Positions 17,586 to 28,059 of a stretch of 52,312 nt of DNA are shown piece by piece. Under the pieces are notes generated by a model, which worked only from the letters and a program-made list of their open reading frames with translations, did not search any database and was not told the DNA's origin. Source of the DNA: a bacterium (GTDB taxonomy: Bacteria; Electryoneota; AABM5-125-24; Hatepunaeales; Hatepunaeaceae). Every line of letters starts with the position of its first letter. Position 1 is the stretch's first letter. Where the stretch lies: contig JALGVR010000005.1 in the NCBI GenBank assembly GCA_025774605.1, positions 1-52,312 on the forward strand. Reading direction: 5' to 3'. The translations under genes were made by a program, and so were the position numbers.

Positions 17586-19966
17586 CGACCTTGCGTCGTT
17601 TACCGGCACTCAAATCTGCACTCCTGCTGGCGACCGGCATCCTGATCGCCTTCTGGACTGAAACCGCCGCAACGACGTTTCTCCTGATCAGTTCGGTCTC
17701 GCTGTGTGCGGCGATCGTGCTCGACCGGCGCCTGACCGGTCAACTGTTCCTGGCGCTGGCTCTGGTCGCTTCGGGCGGCTTGACCCTCCGCTCCACCATC
17801 CCAATCGACGATTTCCAACCCGCCAGGCTCCTGCTCACCGGAACCATATCCGAACCCCCGATCATCCGACGGAACCAGACATATTTCCCGATCAGCCGCA
17901 ATGAATTTCAGGACAACTCCGGACGGAGAGCGCGGCTGCACGGCAGGATATGGGTCAGGCGGGAAGCCCGGGAAGCCGCTTTGAAATCGGGGATGAGGGT
18001 TGAGATCGAAGGGATTCTGAGCCCCACCGGACCACCGCGCAACCCGGGTGACTTCAACACGAAAGCCTGGCGCGAGCGCAACGGATTCATCGGCGTTTTA
18101 AGCTCCTCCGGCCGCGATGAACTTAAGGTCACATCGCCCACCGGGTCGTTTATCCATCGAATCCGAAACGGTATAATCCGCATCAGCGACAGATATGGCG
18201 GTCAGAACGCGCCGCTTTTAAGGGCATTGCTGCTGGGGATCAGGCGCGACATCGATCCGGAGCTGGTCGATAATCTCAGGTCGGCCGGTCTCTCGCACCT
18301 GCTGGCGCTGTCTGGTTTGCACATCGGGTTCCTGGTCCTTATCCTGTTCGGTGTCGCCTCGATGGTGAGGCTTCCGCCTGCCGGTCGATCGCTCCTGGTG
18401 ATCGTCGGGATTGTACTGTTCCTGATTCTGGTGCCGATGCGCAGCTGCACTCTGCGCGCGGCGATCATGGCGTCCGCATTTTTTATCGGGCCGGTCGTTA
18501 AACGCTGGAGCCCGCCTCTCAACAGCTTAAGCCTGGCGGCGCTGCTGGTGCTCTGCATCCGTCCGGGCGACCTGTTCGACGCCGGATTTCAGCTCTCGTT
18601 CGCCGCCGCGGGCGGGATAATACTCTATCTGCCGTCAAGAGACAGAGCCAGGCTGTTCCTCGGCGCAGCGAAGCGGAGATCCCGGCGGTTGTTGTGGCGA
18701 TATATCGTTGAGCCGTTCCTGGTCTCAAGCGCCGCGACGCTGTTCGTTCTGCCGTTGACCTCCTGTCATTTCGGCATGATGGCTTTCGGCGCGCCGGTTT
18801 ACAACATCATCGCCATTCCCCTCCTTGGATTCATATTTGCCGCTTCCTGGCTGATGGTCGGCTTGTCGCTGGTCTGGTCAGGGCTGGCTTCCCTCGCCGC
18901 CGACGGGGTCAATGGAGCCGTTTTCCTGTTCAAGTGGCTCGTTCACTGGTTTTCGATCTGCGCGCCGGTATGGCGGGGACATCTGGCGCCGGTGACCATC
19001 CTTGTGCTGTTGTCATCACCGGCATGGCTGGTCATCAGCAGGCGGAAATATCCCGCCAAGCTGACGATCGCCCTCCTGTTGCTGCTCACCGGTATCGTCA
19101 TCGACGCTGCGATACCCTTTCCCTCCAGATTCCAAGTATGGTTCCTCGACGTCGGGAGCGCGGACGCGCAGGTCTGGCTCTTCCCCGACGGACGCACGGC
19201 GGTTATCGACGGCGGACGCGGCAGGCGGGGAAGAGGCGGGAATGCGGTTGCGGGTCTGCTCGATCGTTATGACATCGGGCGGGTCGACCTCATGAACGCA
19301 AGTCATCCCGAGGCTGATCATATCGGCGGGTTAATCGATGTTATTGAAAAATTTCCGGTCAAGACAGCGCTCTCCGGACCCAAGCGGTCAACCACGCTGA
19401 CCTATGCCCGGTTGTGTTCGGTATCGACGGCAAAGGGGTTGAACTGGCGGGTTGTATCGGCGGGCGACCGGGTCCTGGGGCTTGCCCGCGGTTATGACCT
19501 GAGCATAGAAGGACCGCCTGCGGGAGCTGAAAGCTGGTCGGCGAACGATGCCTCGGTGGTGATGAAGTTGAAGGTTCCGGCAGGCGGCGGGGAAAGCCTC
19601 CGGCTGCTGACGACCGGCGATGTCGAGCGGCGCGGCGAGGCTGCGCTGGTTAAGCGGGGCGGTATCGAGGCTCAGATCCTGAAGATTCCCCATCACGGAT
19701 CGAAAACGTCGAGCTCGCCCGATTTCATCGCCGCGGTCAAGCCTCGAACAGCGGTCGTAACCCGGTCGTCAAAACGGTATTCCATGGAACGTCCTTCGTT
19801 CAGGGCGTTGTTGAAACGGTTGAAAACGGCGGGGATCGAGGTTCATCAGACCGGCGTGGAGGGCGCCCTGTTGTTTGAGCCGGCTGTCAGGTCCGGGCGG
19901 GCTGAGTGGCGTCTGACGGACTGGCGTCACCCGCCGTTCTGGCGTTGGTTTTTCGGGCTGATCTGA
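17582..19966 (+). CDS. comEC: DNA internalization competence protein ComEC/Rec2
   Basis: RNPGDF, GLSHLLALSGLH, GFQLSF, FLDVG, MBL motif SHPEADH, TGD, PHHGS. Confidence 0.92.
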   Translation: MTTLRRLPALKSALLLATGILIAFWTETAATTFLLISSVSLCAAIVLDRRLTGQLFLALALVASGGLTLRSTIPIDDFQPARLLLTGTISEPPIIRRNQTYFPISRNEFQDNSGRRARLHGRIWVRREAREAALKSGMRVEIEGILSPTGPPRNPGDFNTKAWRERNGFIGVLSSSGRDELKVTSPTGSFIHRIRNGIIRISDRYGGQNAPLLRALLLGIRRDIDPELVDNLRSAGLSHLLALSGLHIGFLVLILFGVASMVRLPPAGRSLLVIVGIVLFLILVPMRSCTLRAAIMASAFFIGPVVKRWSPPLNSLSLAALLVLCIRPGDLFDAGFQLSFAAAGGIILYLPSRDRARLFLGAAKRRSRRLLWRYIVEPFLVSSAATLFVLPLTSCHFGMMAFGAPVYNIIAIPLLGFIFAASWLMVGLSLVWSGLASLAADGVNGAVFLFKWLVHWFSICAPVWRGHLAPVTILVLLSSPAWLVISRRKYPAKLTIALLLLLTGIVIDAAIPFPSRFQVWFLDVGSADAQVWLFPDGRTAVIDGGRGRRGRGGNAVAGLLDRYDIGRVDLMNASHPEADHIGGLIDVIEKFPVKTALSGPKRSTTLTYARLCSVSTAKGLNWRVVSAGDRVLGLARGYDLSIEGPPAGAESWSANDASVVMKLKVPAGGGESLRLLTTGDVERRGEAALVKRGGIEAQILKIPHHGSKTSSSPDFIAAVKPRTAVVTRSSKRYSMERPSFRALLKRLKTAGIEVHQTGVEGALLFEPAVRSGRAEWRLTDWRHPPFWRWFFGLI

Positions 19967-20049
19967 GCGGAGGCGGCTAAGACGCTGACCACTTGCCTAT
20001 GTGATTCATTGTTATATTATTGCTGATACAAGGGATCCGGGCTGTCCGC

Positions 20050-23000
20050 TTACCTGACCATAACCATCTTCCTCGTCGCCGTGAACGGGCCGGCTTCAAT
20101 CCGGCAGAGATATATTCCGCTCGGGAGGTGCGATCCGTCGATGACCGCCTGATGACCGCCGCGCGGAAGTCGTCCGTCGACGAGGGTACGCACGGGACGG
20201 CCGTTAAGATCATACAGCGCCAGCCTGACGTCTGCCGCCTCCTTCAGCGAGTACTCGATCGTTGACGACGAGTTGAACGGGTTGGGATGGTTCTGCTCCA
20301 ACGACCATTCGAAAGGCGGCAGGTGTGGGCCGGCCCCGGAGCCGTTGTCCCCGTCGACGTTCAGGAACACCGGCAGCTCAACGGCAACCTGCGCCAGTGT
20401 GTCCCCGATGACGATGACCTTCCGGTAGTCACCGTTCTCCAGGTTGCGGGTGTCGAAGACGGCGCGGATGACCGTCCATTCCCCGGGCGCCAGCGAGCCG
20501 GATCTTGGCTCAATGCTCAGCCAGGACGTGAAACAGACCTGACGCCGGCAATCCTTCCATCGATCCACCCCTTCGCGATCGATTCCACTGCCTTCATCTT
20601 CGATGGGGTCTCCCAACGACACGATGTATTCGAGCGGTCCTGTGCCGCTGTTCTGAATACCGACATGATGGCTGGTTCGGTGACCCGGGACAAGGAACTC
20701 GCCGACCTCGTTGCGATTGAGCCAGATCCGCGGGCGCAGCAGATACAGATCGATGTCCAGCGTGTCATTCTCCCGCATGGAGTCCGCTTCGGCGCGCACG
20801 CCGCGGTATCCCTTCCGGGTCACTTCGATCCGGTCGACGTTCAGCCCGACCAGACCGGTCATGTGGAACTCGCCGTCAGCGCCGGTCGTGTCTGAAGATA
20901 CAGCCTCTATTCCGTAATCCGCATAAACCCTGACCTTCGCCCCGGACAGCGGTTCGTCCGTTGCGTCGTCAAGGACACGACCGCAGGTGGCTCCGGAGGT
21001 GTAGCTGAGATTCGTGGTGAACAGGATCGCCCTGCGCCTGCCAAGTTCGGCGGCGCCCGCGGGATAGGTGTCCTGATAGGTGTAGCTCAAACCTGCAGTG
21101 CCGTCGGGGCTCGATATGCCGACCGAGGCGTAAGGCATGTCGGCGGCGGGGCCACGCGTCTGGTATATATCCTTGTAATAAAAAAGGATATCCGAATCGC
21201 CGCTGAGGGTCACGTGATATCTCGGGTCGTTGATGATCACCTGGAAGTTCAGGTTTTCATCCTGGTTTTCGTGATGCACATTGTACCATTCGACGATGAA
21301 GCGCTGATCCAGGTCGTCGTAATAGTAGTAAACACCCGGTCGGTTTAAGCCACCGACGTAGAGGCGCGTCCAGAACGGCGCGATCATGCCCAGCGGACCG
21401 CCTATCGCCAGCTCTACCGGATAGTTCTGCAGGTTCACCATCCGCCGCTGGTCTCCGACGCCGATAAACCCGTTCGTGCCGATGGTTATGGTGTCGTATT
21501 CCCTGCCGTAAAAACGCATCTTGAACGGCAGCGCGATAACCTCCGCCGCGTTGACCTGGACTGTGTCGAACAGTTCTATCCGCGTACCGTCGCCGTCCTG
21601 ATCACCCGTTCGCGGGGAGATCTCGAACCACCTGTAACGCGGGGCAAGCCGCCAGCCGTCGTCGGAATCATCGTAACAGTAATAGCCGTAATCGTCAGGC
21701 CCAAAAGGGGCATTCGGCTGTGCTTCGTTGACCCGCAGGTTGAAAAACGCCGTATCGAATGCGACATCGTCGCGACGGAAGACCAGCATCATCGGCGCAG
21801 TGGTGCCGGGCACGGCAAGGTCCCGAACGTTGACGCGAAACGGATTGCCATTGGAGCTTCGCCGCTCCTCGACAGCGATACCCGGATATTGAACCTCATC
21901 CCGGTTGATTTCAATCCCATACCCCTGTGATACAAGCCTGGCGGTCATCTCCGGCGCGTCGATCCTCCCCCGGTTCACGATCTCGATATTCAGGTCGCGC
22001 GGTTCGTTCATCACCAGGTTTCCGCCTTCGATCTCTGAGACCTCGAGATCCGTTCCCCAGATGTCGAGCGTAATGACCGAGCTCCAGATGAAGCCCGTTG
22101 ACGAGAAGTCCACGTACAGGGTCGGTTCAGAACCGTCGGGACAGGCGGGATCGACCGTGAAGTCAACCGCATGGTCACCATCGCCGCGCCCCCCGGGCGC
22201 GAGGTCATCGAAGCGGATCGGATCATGTTCTGCAACCGACAGGCAGGGTGAACCGCTCCGAATCCTCGCCTGAAGGTCAACGGCGGTTTCCCCGCCGCCG
22301 AAGTTGGCGGCGGTTATTTCGAGACTGACGGTCTCACCCGGATTCACGACGCCGTCGCCGTTGCCGCCGGCGGAATCGTCCAACTCATAATCTGAAACAG
22401 CTATGAACAGGTCGCTCGCAACGACTTCGATCTCCTCAAGCAGAGGATAGATATCCCTGCCGGTCACGGTCAGGTAGAGCGTGCCGCCGTCGATCAGCGG
22501 GTCGAACGGCAGCCTGATCTTTCCGGACGCGTCCGTTTTCCCGGTGACCATGAACTCGGGCTGCCAGTCATGGTAATCAGCCTGGTCGGGCAGCTCACCC
22601 GGGTGGTAGAGCGTCACCTGCGCACCGCGCACGACGTCGTCGCTGTTCTCCCTGTAAACCGTAACTTCGACCTGGTCTGTCCCGGGCGAAACCGTCGCGG
22701 GAAAGGCGGCCTCGACCGGTTGCGGAATCCCTATCCAGGGCTTGATACCCGGGTCGCCGTAGAGGTCGGTGTCGGACTGGTATTGCCGCATGGCGAGATC
22801 GGCGTCTTCGAATGTCTGAAAGATGCGCGGGAAGCTGACGCCGGCATAGTTGCGCGCCCAGCCGAGGCTCATGTCGTGAGCCAGCACGCCGCTGACCGTC
22901 GCCAGGTAGAAGGCGTTGTTGAATATGGTCGCCGGATTGCCCCAACTGTAGATTGTAGCGGCGGGTCCTTTAAGGTTGTCGATGTCGCCGGTGCGGAACA

Positions 23001-24474
23001 TGTTGTCCGCAGTGAACTCACCGTGGGCGTTGACGGTTATGTATATCGGGAACACGGTGTTGTTGTTTACGCCGCGGAATGAATGTTCCCAGTACTGATT
23101 GCGGGCGCGCCCGACCATGATACTCATTCCGTCGTTGAACCAGTCTGCCAGAACCGGACCGATGATCCCCCCGTTGGGATCGTTGGTGCCGTCGGTCTCC
23201 TCGATCCGGATGTCGGTAAAGCCGCGTTCCCTGAGTATCCGCTCGCCCCACCTGGTGGTATACACGATCGACATGTTGAAATCCGCCCAAGCCTGGCTGA
23301 ACACACCGGCACGGTCGAACCAGCCGGCATCCTCCATCCACGGCTCCATCTCATAGGACAGCGTTCTGGCGACGGCCAGCTCCATCATGTCCCGGTTGCC
23401 CGATCCCAGGCGGCCGATTGCCGCATCGGGAAAGAAGTCGTTCCCCTCCAGCAGGGTGTATTCATAGTCGGCGTGATCAGCCACATCCGGCATTGAAGTG
23501 TTCCCTTCGGGTGCGTACAGGTTCCACGGAGCATCCTGATGATCGTCTGACGGTCTGTCACCCAGCAGCAGTATGTATCCGAACGGATCCAGGCCGTCAT
23601 CGAGGTAATCATTATATATATCCTGGATGTCTTCGCGAATCAGGTCAACGTTCCGCGCCTCGTCATCGGTAAGGCGCAGTATGTCCACCTTGTAACCACA
23701 GCGACGCTTCCATTCGATCAGCGGTATGGCATACTGGAGGCAACTGTCGTGCGCAACGACCAGGTAATGCCCGACGTAATCACCGCCGATTTCACCCTCG
23801 TCGCGCGAGACAAGGTCAGCGTTGACCGCCAGGGCTCGCAGCATTCGAACGAACTCCGGACTGCGACCACGTCTTTGACCGGTGAATTCCACCGGATTTA
23901 CCGCTTCGCCGTCGGTAAAGCGCAGATTCAGATCGATCCGGTCGTGACGGATATAATCGCCGGTCGTCGTGTTGTACTGGACGGGATACATGGTGATCCT
24001 GACCATTCTGACCCCGCGCATTATCACCGGACCCTCTATCACAACCGGCTGAGGGGGATAGAGTCCGTCGTTTTCTTCAACCTTGCGTGAGCTCGATCCG
24101 TCCGGGGAAACGGCAGGACACAGCTGCGGTGCCGGAAGGTTATTCAACGTGACTGATGAACAACTTGTCACTTCGAGCCGAACGCCCGATCGTGGCGGGA
24201 CGATCACGTACCTTGAGACCGCCGGCAGCAGCGGAAGACCGGCATCCGTCAATCGTCCCTCCCCCTCGAGCGTGAACTCCACATGCTGTTGACCTCGCAT
24301 CTCCAGGTTGCGCATGGTTAAATCGCCTGCATCGAAGGAGACGCTGAGGCGTTGATCATTCTCTGCGTTTACCCGTGCATGAGATTCGGGAAGAGACCGC
24401 TGCCCGGCCCGCAGCGGGAGAAAAGTAAGCAGAATCGCCGGGATTACGGCGTTCAGGAGATGAAGCTGTTTCAT
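20050..24474 (-). CDS. Large secreted C25 (gingipain)-family protein with propeptide, Ig-like domains and a PNPFN-type C-terminal domain; start placed at MKQLHLL
   Basis: Signal peptide, GLPLLPAVS propeptide, EWKRRCG, ILLLGD, AIGRL, LYGDP, GPDDYGYYCYD, C-terminal QNHPNPFN...SGIY. Confidence 0.88.
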   Translation of the reverse strand: MKQLHLLNAVIPAILLTFLPLRAGQRSLPESHARVNAENDQRLSVSFDAGDLTMRNLEMRGQQHVEFTLEGEGRLTDAGLPLLPAVSRYVIVPPRSGVRLEVTSCSSVTLNNLPAPQLCPAVSPDGSSSRKVEENDGLYPPQPVVIEGPVIMRGVRMVRITMYPVQYNTTTGDYIRHDRIDLNLRFTDGEAVNPVEFTGQRRGRSPEFVRMLRALAVNADLVSRDEGEIGGDYVGHYLVVAHDSCLQYAIPLIEWKRRCGYKVDILRLTDDEARNVDLIREDIQDIYNDYLDDGLDPFGYILLLGDRPSDDHQDAPWNLYAPEGNTSMPDVADHADYEYTLLEGNDFFPDAAIGRLGSGNRDMMELAVARTLSYEMEPWMEDAGWFDRAGVFSQAWADFNMSIVYTTRWGERILRERGFTDIRIEETDGTNDPNGGIIGPVLADWFNDGMSIMVGRARNQYWEHSFRGVNNNTVFPIYITVNAHGEFTADNMFRTGDIDNLKGPAATIYSWGNPATIFNNAFYLATVSGVLAHDMSLGWARNYAGVSFPRIFQTFEDADLAMRQYQSDTDLYGDPGIKPWIGIPQPVEAAFPATVSPGTDQVEVTVYRENSDDVVRGAQVTLYHPGELPDQADYHDWQPEFMVTGKTDASGKIRLPFDPLIDGGTLYLTVTGRDIYPLLEEIEVVASDLFIAVSDYELDDSAGGNGDGVVNPGETVSLEITAANFGGGETAVDLQARIRSGSPCLSVAEHDPIRFDDLAPGGRGDGDHAVDFTVDPACPDGSEPTLYVDFSSTGFIWSSVITLDIWGTDLEVSEIEGGNLVMNEPRDLNIEIVNRGRIDAPEMTARLVSQGYGIEINRDEVQYPGIAVEERRSSNGNPFRVNVRDLAVPGTTAPMMLVFRRDDVAFDTAFFNLRVNEAQPNAPFGPDDYGYYCYDDSDDGWRLAPRYRWFEISPRTGDQDGDGTRIELFDTVQVNAAEVIALPFKMRFYGREYDTITIGTNGFIGVGDQRRMVNLQNYPVELAIGGPLGMIAPFWTRLYVGGLNRPGVYYYYDDLDQRFIVEWYNVHHENQDENLNFQVIINDPRYHVTLSGDSDILFYYKDIYQTRGPAADMPYASVGISSPDGTAGLSYTYQDTYPAGAAELGRRRAILFTTNLSYTSGATCGRVLDDATDEPLSGAKVRVYADYGIEAVSSDTTGADGEFHMTGLVGLNVDRIEVTRKGYRGVRAEADSMRENDTLDIDLYLLRPRIWLNRNEVGEFLVPGHRTSHHVGIQNSGTGPLEYIVSLGDPIEDEGSGIDREGVDRWKDCRRQVCFTSWLSIEPRSGSLAPGEWTVIRAVFDTRNLENGDYRKVIVIGDTLAQVAVELPVFLNVDGDNGSGAGPHLPPFEWSLEQNHPNPFNSSSTIEYSLKEAADVRLALYDLNGRPVRTLVDGRLPRGGHQAVIDGSHLPSGIYLCRIEAGPFTATRKMVMVR

Positions 24475-24610
24475 CGAAGCCCCTGTTCGTTCGGTTGAAG
24501 CGTACTTGGATTTTCCGGTAATCGTACCTGTTACAATATAACTGTTTACTGGACGGAATAGCAATTGCAGGATCCCGAAGAAAAGAGTCGAGAGCAAAAC
24601 TAAAAACGGC

Positions 24611-24639
24611 TTGCATTGTCTGGCATCATTGTTTATATT
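24611..24639 (+). promoter_or_regulatory. Candidate sigma70 promoter for tRNA-Phe
   Basis: TTGCAT-N17-TATATT ending 37 nt upstream of the tRNA. Confidence 0.55.
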
Positions 24640-24676
24640 AGCAGATTAATTATATTCAGGGGAATGAAACCCCGAT

Positions 24677-24749
<73 letters not shown>

Positions 24750-24779
24750 CAAGCTGTAAATCTGTAATTTCAAACAATT

Positions 24780-24813
24780 AACGCTCCGCGAGGCGACACT
24801 GCGGAGCGTTTTT
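24780..24813 (+). terminator. Intrinsic terminator after tRNA-Phe
   Basis: AACGCTCCGC/GCGGAGCGTT stem followed by a T tract. Confidence 0.7.
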
Positions 24814-25087
24814 AATTTGTGCTCACGAGCGGCGGCGTCTCAAACGGCTGATCGATTATGCCGGGGTCATAAGCTCGTATTCAAAATCCTATTTTGGACG
24901 GGTGTGATAAAACAACACGAATTATTTGAAAATTCTTATATTACAAATATTGAGCGCCTTTTCGCTTCCGAGCGGAGTTTCCCGTGATTGTTGAGGTCAC
25001 GTCAAGATCGCCAGAAATGCCCCATCGTCCTGATTGCAGTTTTATCTTCTCATAAAAGTCGCCGAGCTGTAATTGCATCGACATCTC

Positions 25088-25117
25088 TTGATTTCTCTCC
25101 TGTTGAGAAGTTATCTT
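25088..25117 (+). promoter_or_regulatory. Candidate sigma70 promoter for tRNA-Arg/lon
   Basis: TTGATT-N18-TATCTT. Confidence 0.4.
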
Positions 25118-25174
25118 TTACATGTACGGTCCGGGAAGTCGGATCCAAACAGGGAACTGACGGTAAATCCAGCC

Positions 25175-25251
25175 GCGCCTGTAGCTCAACAGGATAGAGC
25201 AACGGCCTTCTAAGCCGTAGGTTCCGCGTTCGAGTCGCGGCAGGCGTACCA
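25175..25251 (+). tRNA. tRNA-Arg (TCT), CCA encoded
   Basis: Acceptor GCGCCTG/CAGGCGT, anticodon arm ACGGC-CTTCTAA-GCCGT, T arm CCGCG-TTCGAGT-CGCGG, ACCA end. Confidence 0.97.
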
Positions 25252-25282
25252 CGAAAGCAAATACCAAGGACGAAGAGTTCAG

Positions 25283-27694
25283 ATGAATGAAACCTTAAAT
25301 TTAAATCAGGACATAATAACCGTACCCGACAGGCTGCCGGTTCTTCCCCTGCGCGATATCATTATCTTTCCGCACATGGTTCACCCGTTGGTGGTCGGTC
25401 GTGCCGGCACATTGAGCGCAGTCGAGAAAGCCAGGGGTTCCGACGACCTGATTGCGCTGATCGCCCAGAAGGACGCATCGATTGAATATCCCGGCGCCGC
25501 GGATATGTACCGTGTCGGTGTCCTGGGACGGATCGCGCAGATGATGAAGCTGCCCAACGGTCTGGCAAAGGTATTGGTCGAGGGACTTGAACGGATCAAG
25601 GTCGTCCGCTTCCACCGTGTTGATCAATCCATCCATGCCACCATCCGCATCTTGGAGGACAAGAGCGTAAATACACCCCAGCTCGAAGCGGCGCGCAGAC
25701 ATCTGATCTCCATGTTCAAGGAATTCATCGCTCTGAACCGACAGATCCCCGATGAAGTGGGGATGACCGTTGACCAAATAACCGACTCCCGCCGCATCAG
25801 CGATTTCGTCACCATGCACCTCAATCGCGACCTGCGCGAAAAACAGGCGCTGCTCCAGACGACGGACATCTATAATCTGCTGGTCAAGCTGTCGCGCGAG
25901 CTTAAGAAGGAGATCGAAATCCTGAACCTCGAGCAGAATATCGAGGACAAGGTCAAGGATAAAATCACCAAGACCCAGCGCAACTTCTACCTCCAGGAGC
26001 AGCTAAGAGCCATCAAGAAGGAATTGGGCGAAGATCTCGACGAAGATATTTCCGATGTGATCGAGTACCGGCGGAAGATCAAGAAAGCCAAACTGCCGTC
26101 GCAGGCGCGCCAGAAGGCGGAGGAGGAACTCGGCCGACTCGAAAATACGCCGATGATGTCGCCGGAGGCCACGGTCATCCGAACCTATCTCGACTGGATG
26201 ATCGGAGTACCCTGGTACAAGGCGACCGAGGACAACAGGGATATTGAGGCTGCCTCCGTGATACTCGACGAAGACCACTACGGCCTGGAGAAACCCAAGG
26301 AGCGGATACTTGAACACCTGGCGGTGCTGGCGATCGCCGGCAAGATTCGCGGACCGATTCTGTGCCTTGTCGGACCTCCCGGAGTGGGAAAAACCTCCCT
26401 GGGCAAGTCGATCGCACGCGCCTTGAACCGCCGCTTCGTCAGGATTTCACTGGGTGGAGTGCGGGACGAGGCCGAGATTCGCGGTCACCGGCGGACGTAC
26501 ATCGGCGCGCTGCCCGGACGAATCATCCAGTCGATGAAGAGAGCCGGAACCATCAACCCGGTGTTTCTGATGGACGAGATTGACAAGATGAGCATGGATT
26601 TCCGGGGCGATCCGTCCTCAGCCCTGCTGGAGGTGCTCGACCCGGAACAGAACAGCGCCTTCAGCGACCACTACCTCGAGGTCGATTACGATCTTTCCCA
26701 GGTGTTGTTCATAACAACCGCTAACACCCGCGACGCCATTCCCTGGGCACTGCAGGACAGGATGGAGATCATTGAGCTGCCGGGCTACCTCCACCAGGAG
26801 AAGTTCGAGATCGCCAGACGTTTCCTGATCCCCAAGAAATTGTCGGAGATCAGCCTGTCCGAAGAGGACATACATATCACACCAAGTGCGATCAACAAGG
26901 TTATCGAACGGTACACGCGTGAAGCCGGCGTCCGCGAGCTGGAGCGCAACATCGCCAAGATACTGCGCAAGTCAGCCAGGGAACTGCTGGATAACAGGAA
27001 ACGCTCCAAGCCGTTGAAAGTGGACGCACGCAGCGCTTCCCGCATGCTCGGCGTAGCCCGATACGACAGACATACCGTTGACGGCGAGGACAGAGTCGGC
27101 GCAGCGGTCGGACTCGCCTGGACACCCACCGGTGGAGATCTGCTGCTGATTGAAGCGGAGACGATGAGCGGCAAGGGAAACCTGACCCTGACCGGTCACC
27201 TCGGCGATGTGATGCAGGAATCAGCCCGCGCCGCGCTGACCTCCGTACGGTCTCGAGCCAGGGAGATAGGCTTCAACGCCGGCGACTACCTCAAGCGCGA
27301 GGTGCACGTTCACCTCCCGGAGGGAGCCGTTCCCAAGGATGGACCGTCTGCCGGTGTAACCATCGCGGTCGCGCTCGCTTCAGCCTTCTCGGGAAGACTC
27401 GTGCGAGGCGACATCGCCATGACGGGTGAAATTACCCTGAGGGGCGACATCCTGCCCATCGGCGGGTTGCGTGAGAAGCTGATGGCGGCCCTGCGCGCTG
27501 GAATTAAAACCGTGCTTATACCTGAAAAGAACCGTCGCGAGTTGGCCGAGGTGCCTCAAGCGGTTCGTCGTCCGCTCCAGATAATCCCCGTTAAAAACAT
27601 CGACGAAGTGCTGGAGATGATGCTGCGTCCGGCAAAGCCCGGCGTTAAGGCAACGCGTAAATCCGTGCAACGGGGCAGGGCGGCGGTCAACTGA
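25283..27694 (+). CDS. lon: ATP-dependent Lon protease
   Basis: LPVLPLRD N-domain, GPPGVGKT, RGHRRTYIGA, PKDGPSAG and GGLREK dyad. Confidence 0.98.
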   Translation: MNETLNLNQDIITVPDRLPVLPLRDIIIFPHMVHPLVVGRAGTLSAVEKARGSDDLIALIAQKDASIEYPGAADMYRVGVLGRIAQMMKLPNGLAKVLVEGLERIKVVRFHRVDQSIHATIRILEDKSVNTPQLEAARRHLISMFKEFIALNRQIPDEVGMTVDQITDSRRISDFVTMHLNRDLREKQALLQTTDIYNLLVKLSRELKKEIEILNLEQNIEDKVKDKITKTQRNFYLQEQLRAIKKELGEDLDEDISDVIEYRRKIKKAKLPSQARQKAEEELGRLENTPMMSPEATVIRTYLDWMIGVPWYKATEDNRDIEAASVILDEDHYGLEKPKERILEHLAVLAIAGKIRGPILCLVGPPGVGKTSLGKSIARALNRRFVRISLGGVRDEAEIRGHRRTYIGALPGRIIQSMKRAGTINPVFLMDEIDKMSMDFRGDPSSALLEVLDPEQNSAFSDHYLEVDYDLSQVLFITTANTRDAIPWALQDRMEIIELPGYLHQEKFEIARRFLIPKKLSEISLSEEDIHITPSAINKVIERYTREAGVRELERNIAKILRKSARELLDNRKRSKPLKVDARSASRMLGVARYDRHTVDGEDRVGAAVGLAWTPTGGDLLLIEAETMSGKGNLTLTGHLGDVMQESARAALTSVRSRAREIGFNAGDYLKREVHVHLPEGAVPKDGPSAGVTIAVALASAFSGRLVRGDIAMTGEITLRGDILPIGGLREKLMAALRAGIKTVLIPEKNRRELAEVPQAVRRPLQIIPVKNIDEVLEMMLRPAKPGVKATRKSVQRGRAAVN

Positions 27695-28059
27695 AGGTGT
27701 CCGGCGATGATTCAGGACAACCGTCAGCATCGTCATTCAGACCGTTCAGAAATATTAAGGGCTGGATAATTAAGTATATATGACGCGGCTCGCGGAGTAT
27801 CGGCGGCGTGGCGTCTCATTCTCCGGCGGCATATCCGCGAAAATGACGGCAAATATCTGAAATCTTCACATTAGTGATCTACATCAATTCGAGACATGGG
27901 AAGATCGTTTATATTTCAGAAAATCAGCGGGACTTCCCGTCGCACTTCATGCCACCAGCCTGTTCGTCAGGGAATAAGTCCGATTTCAACAACATCTCCT
28001 CATCCAAAATGAATCATACATCATACGATTGCCGCACTGACAACATACCGCTACTCTCC

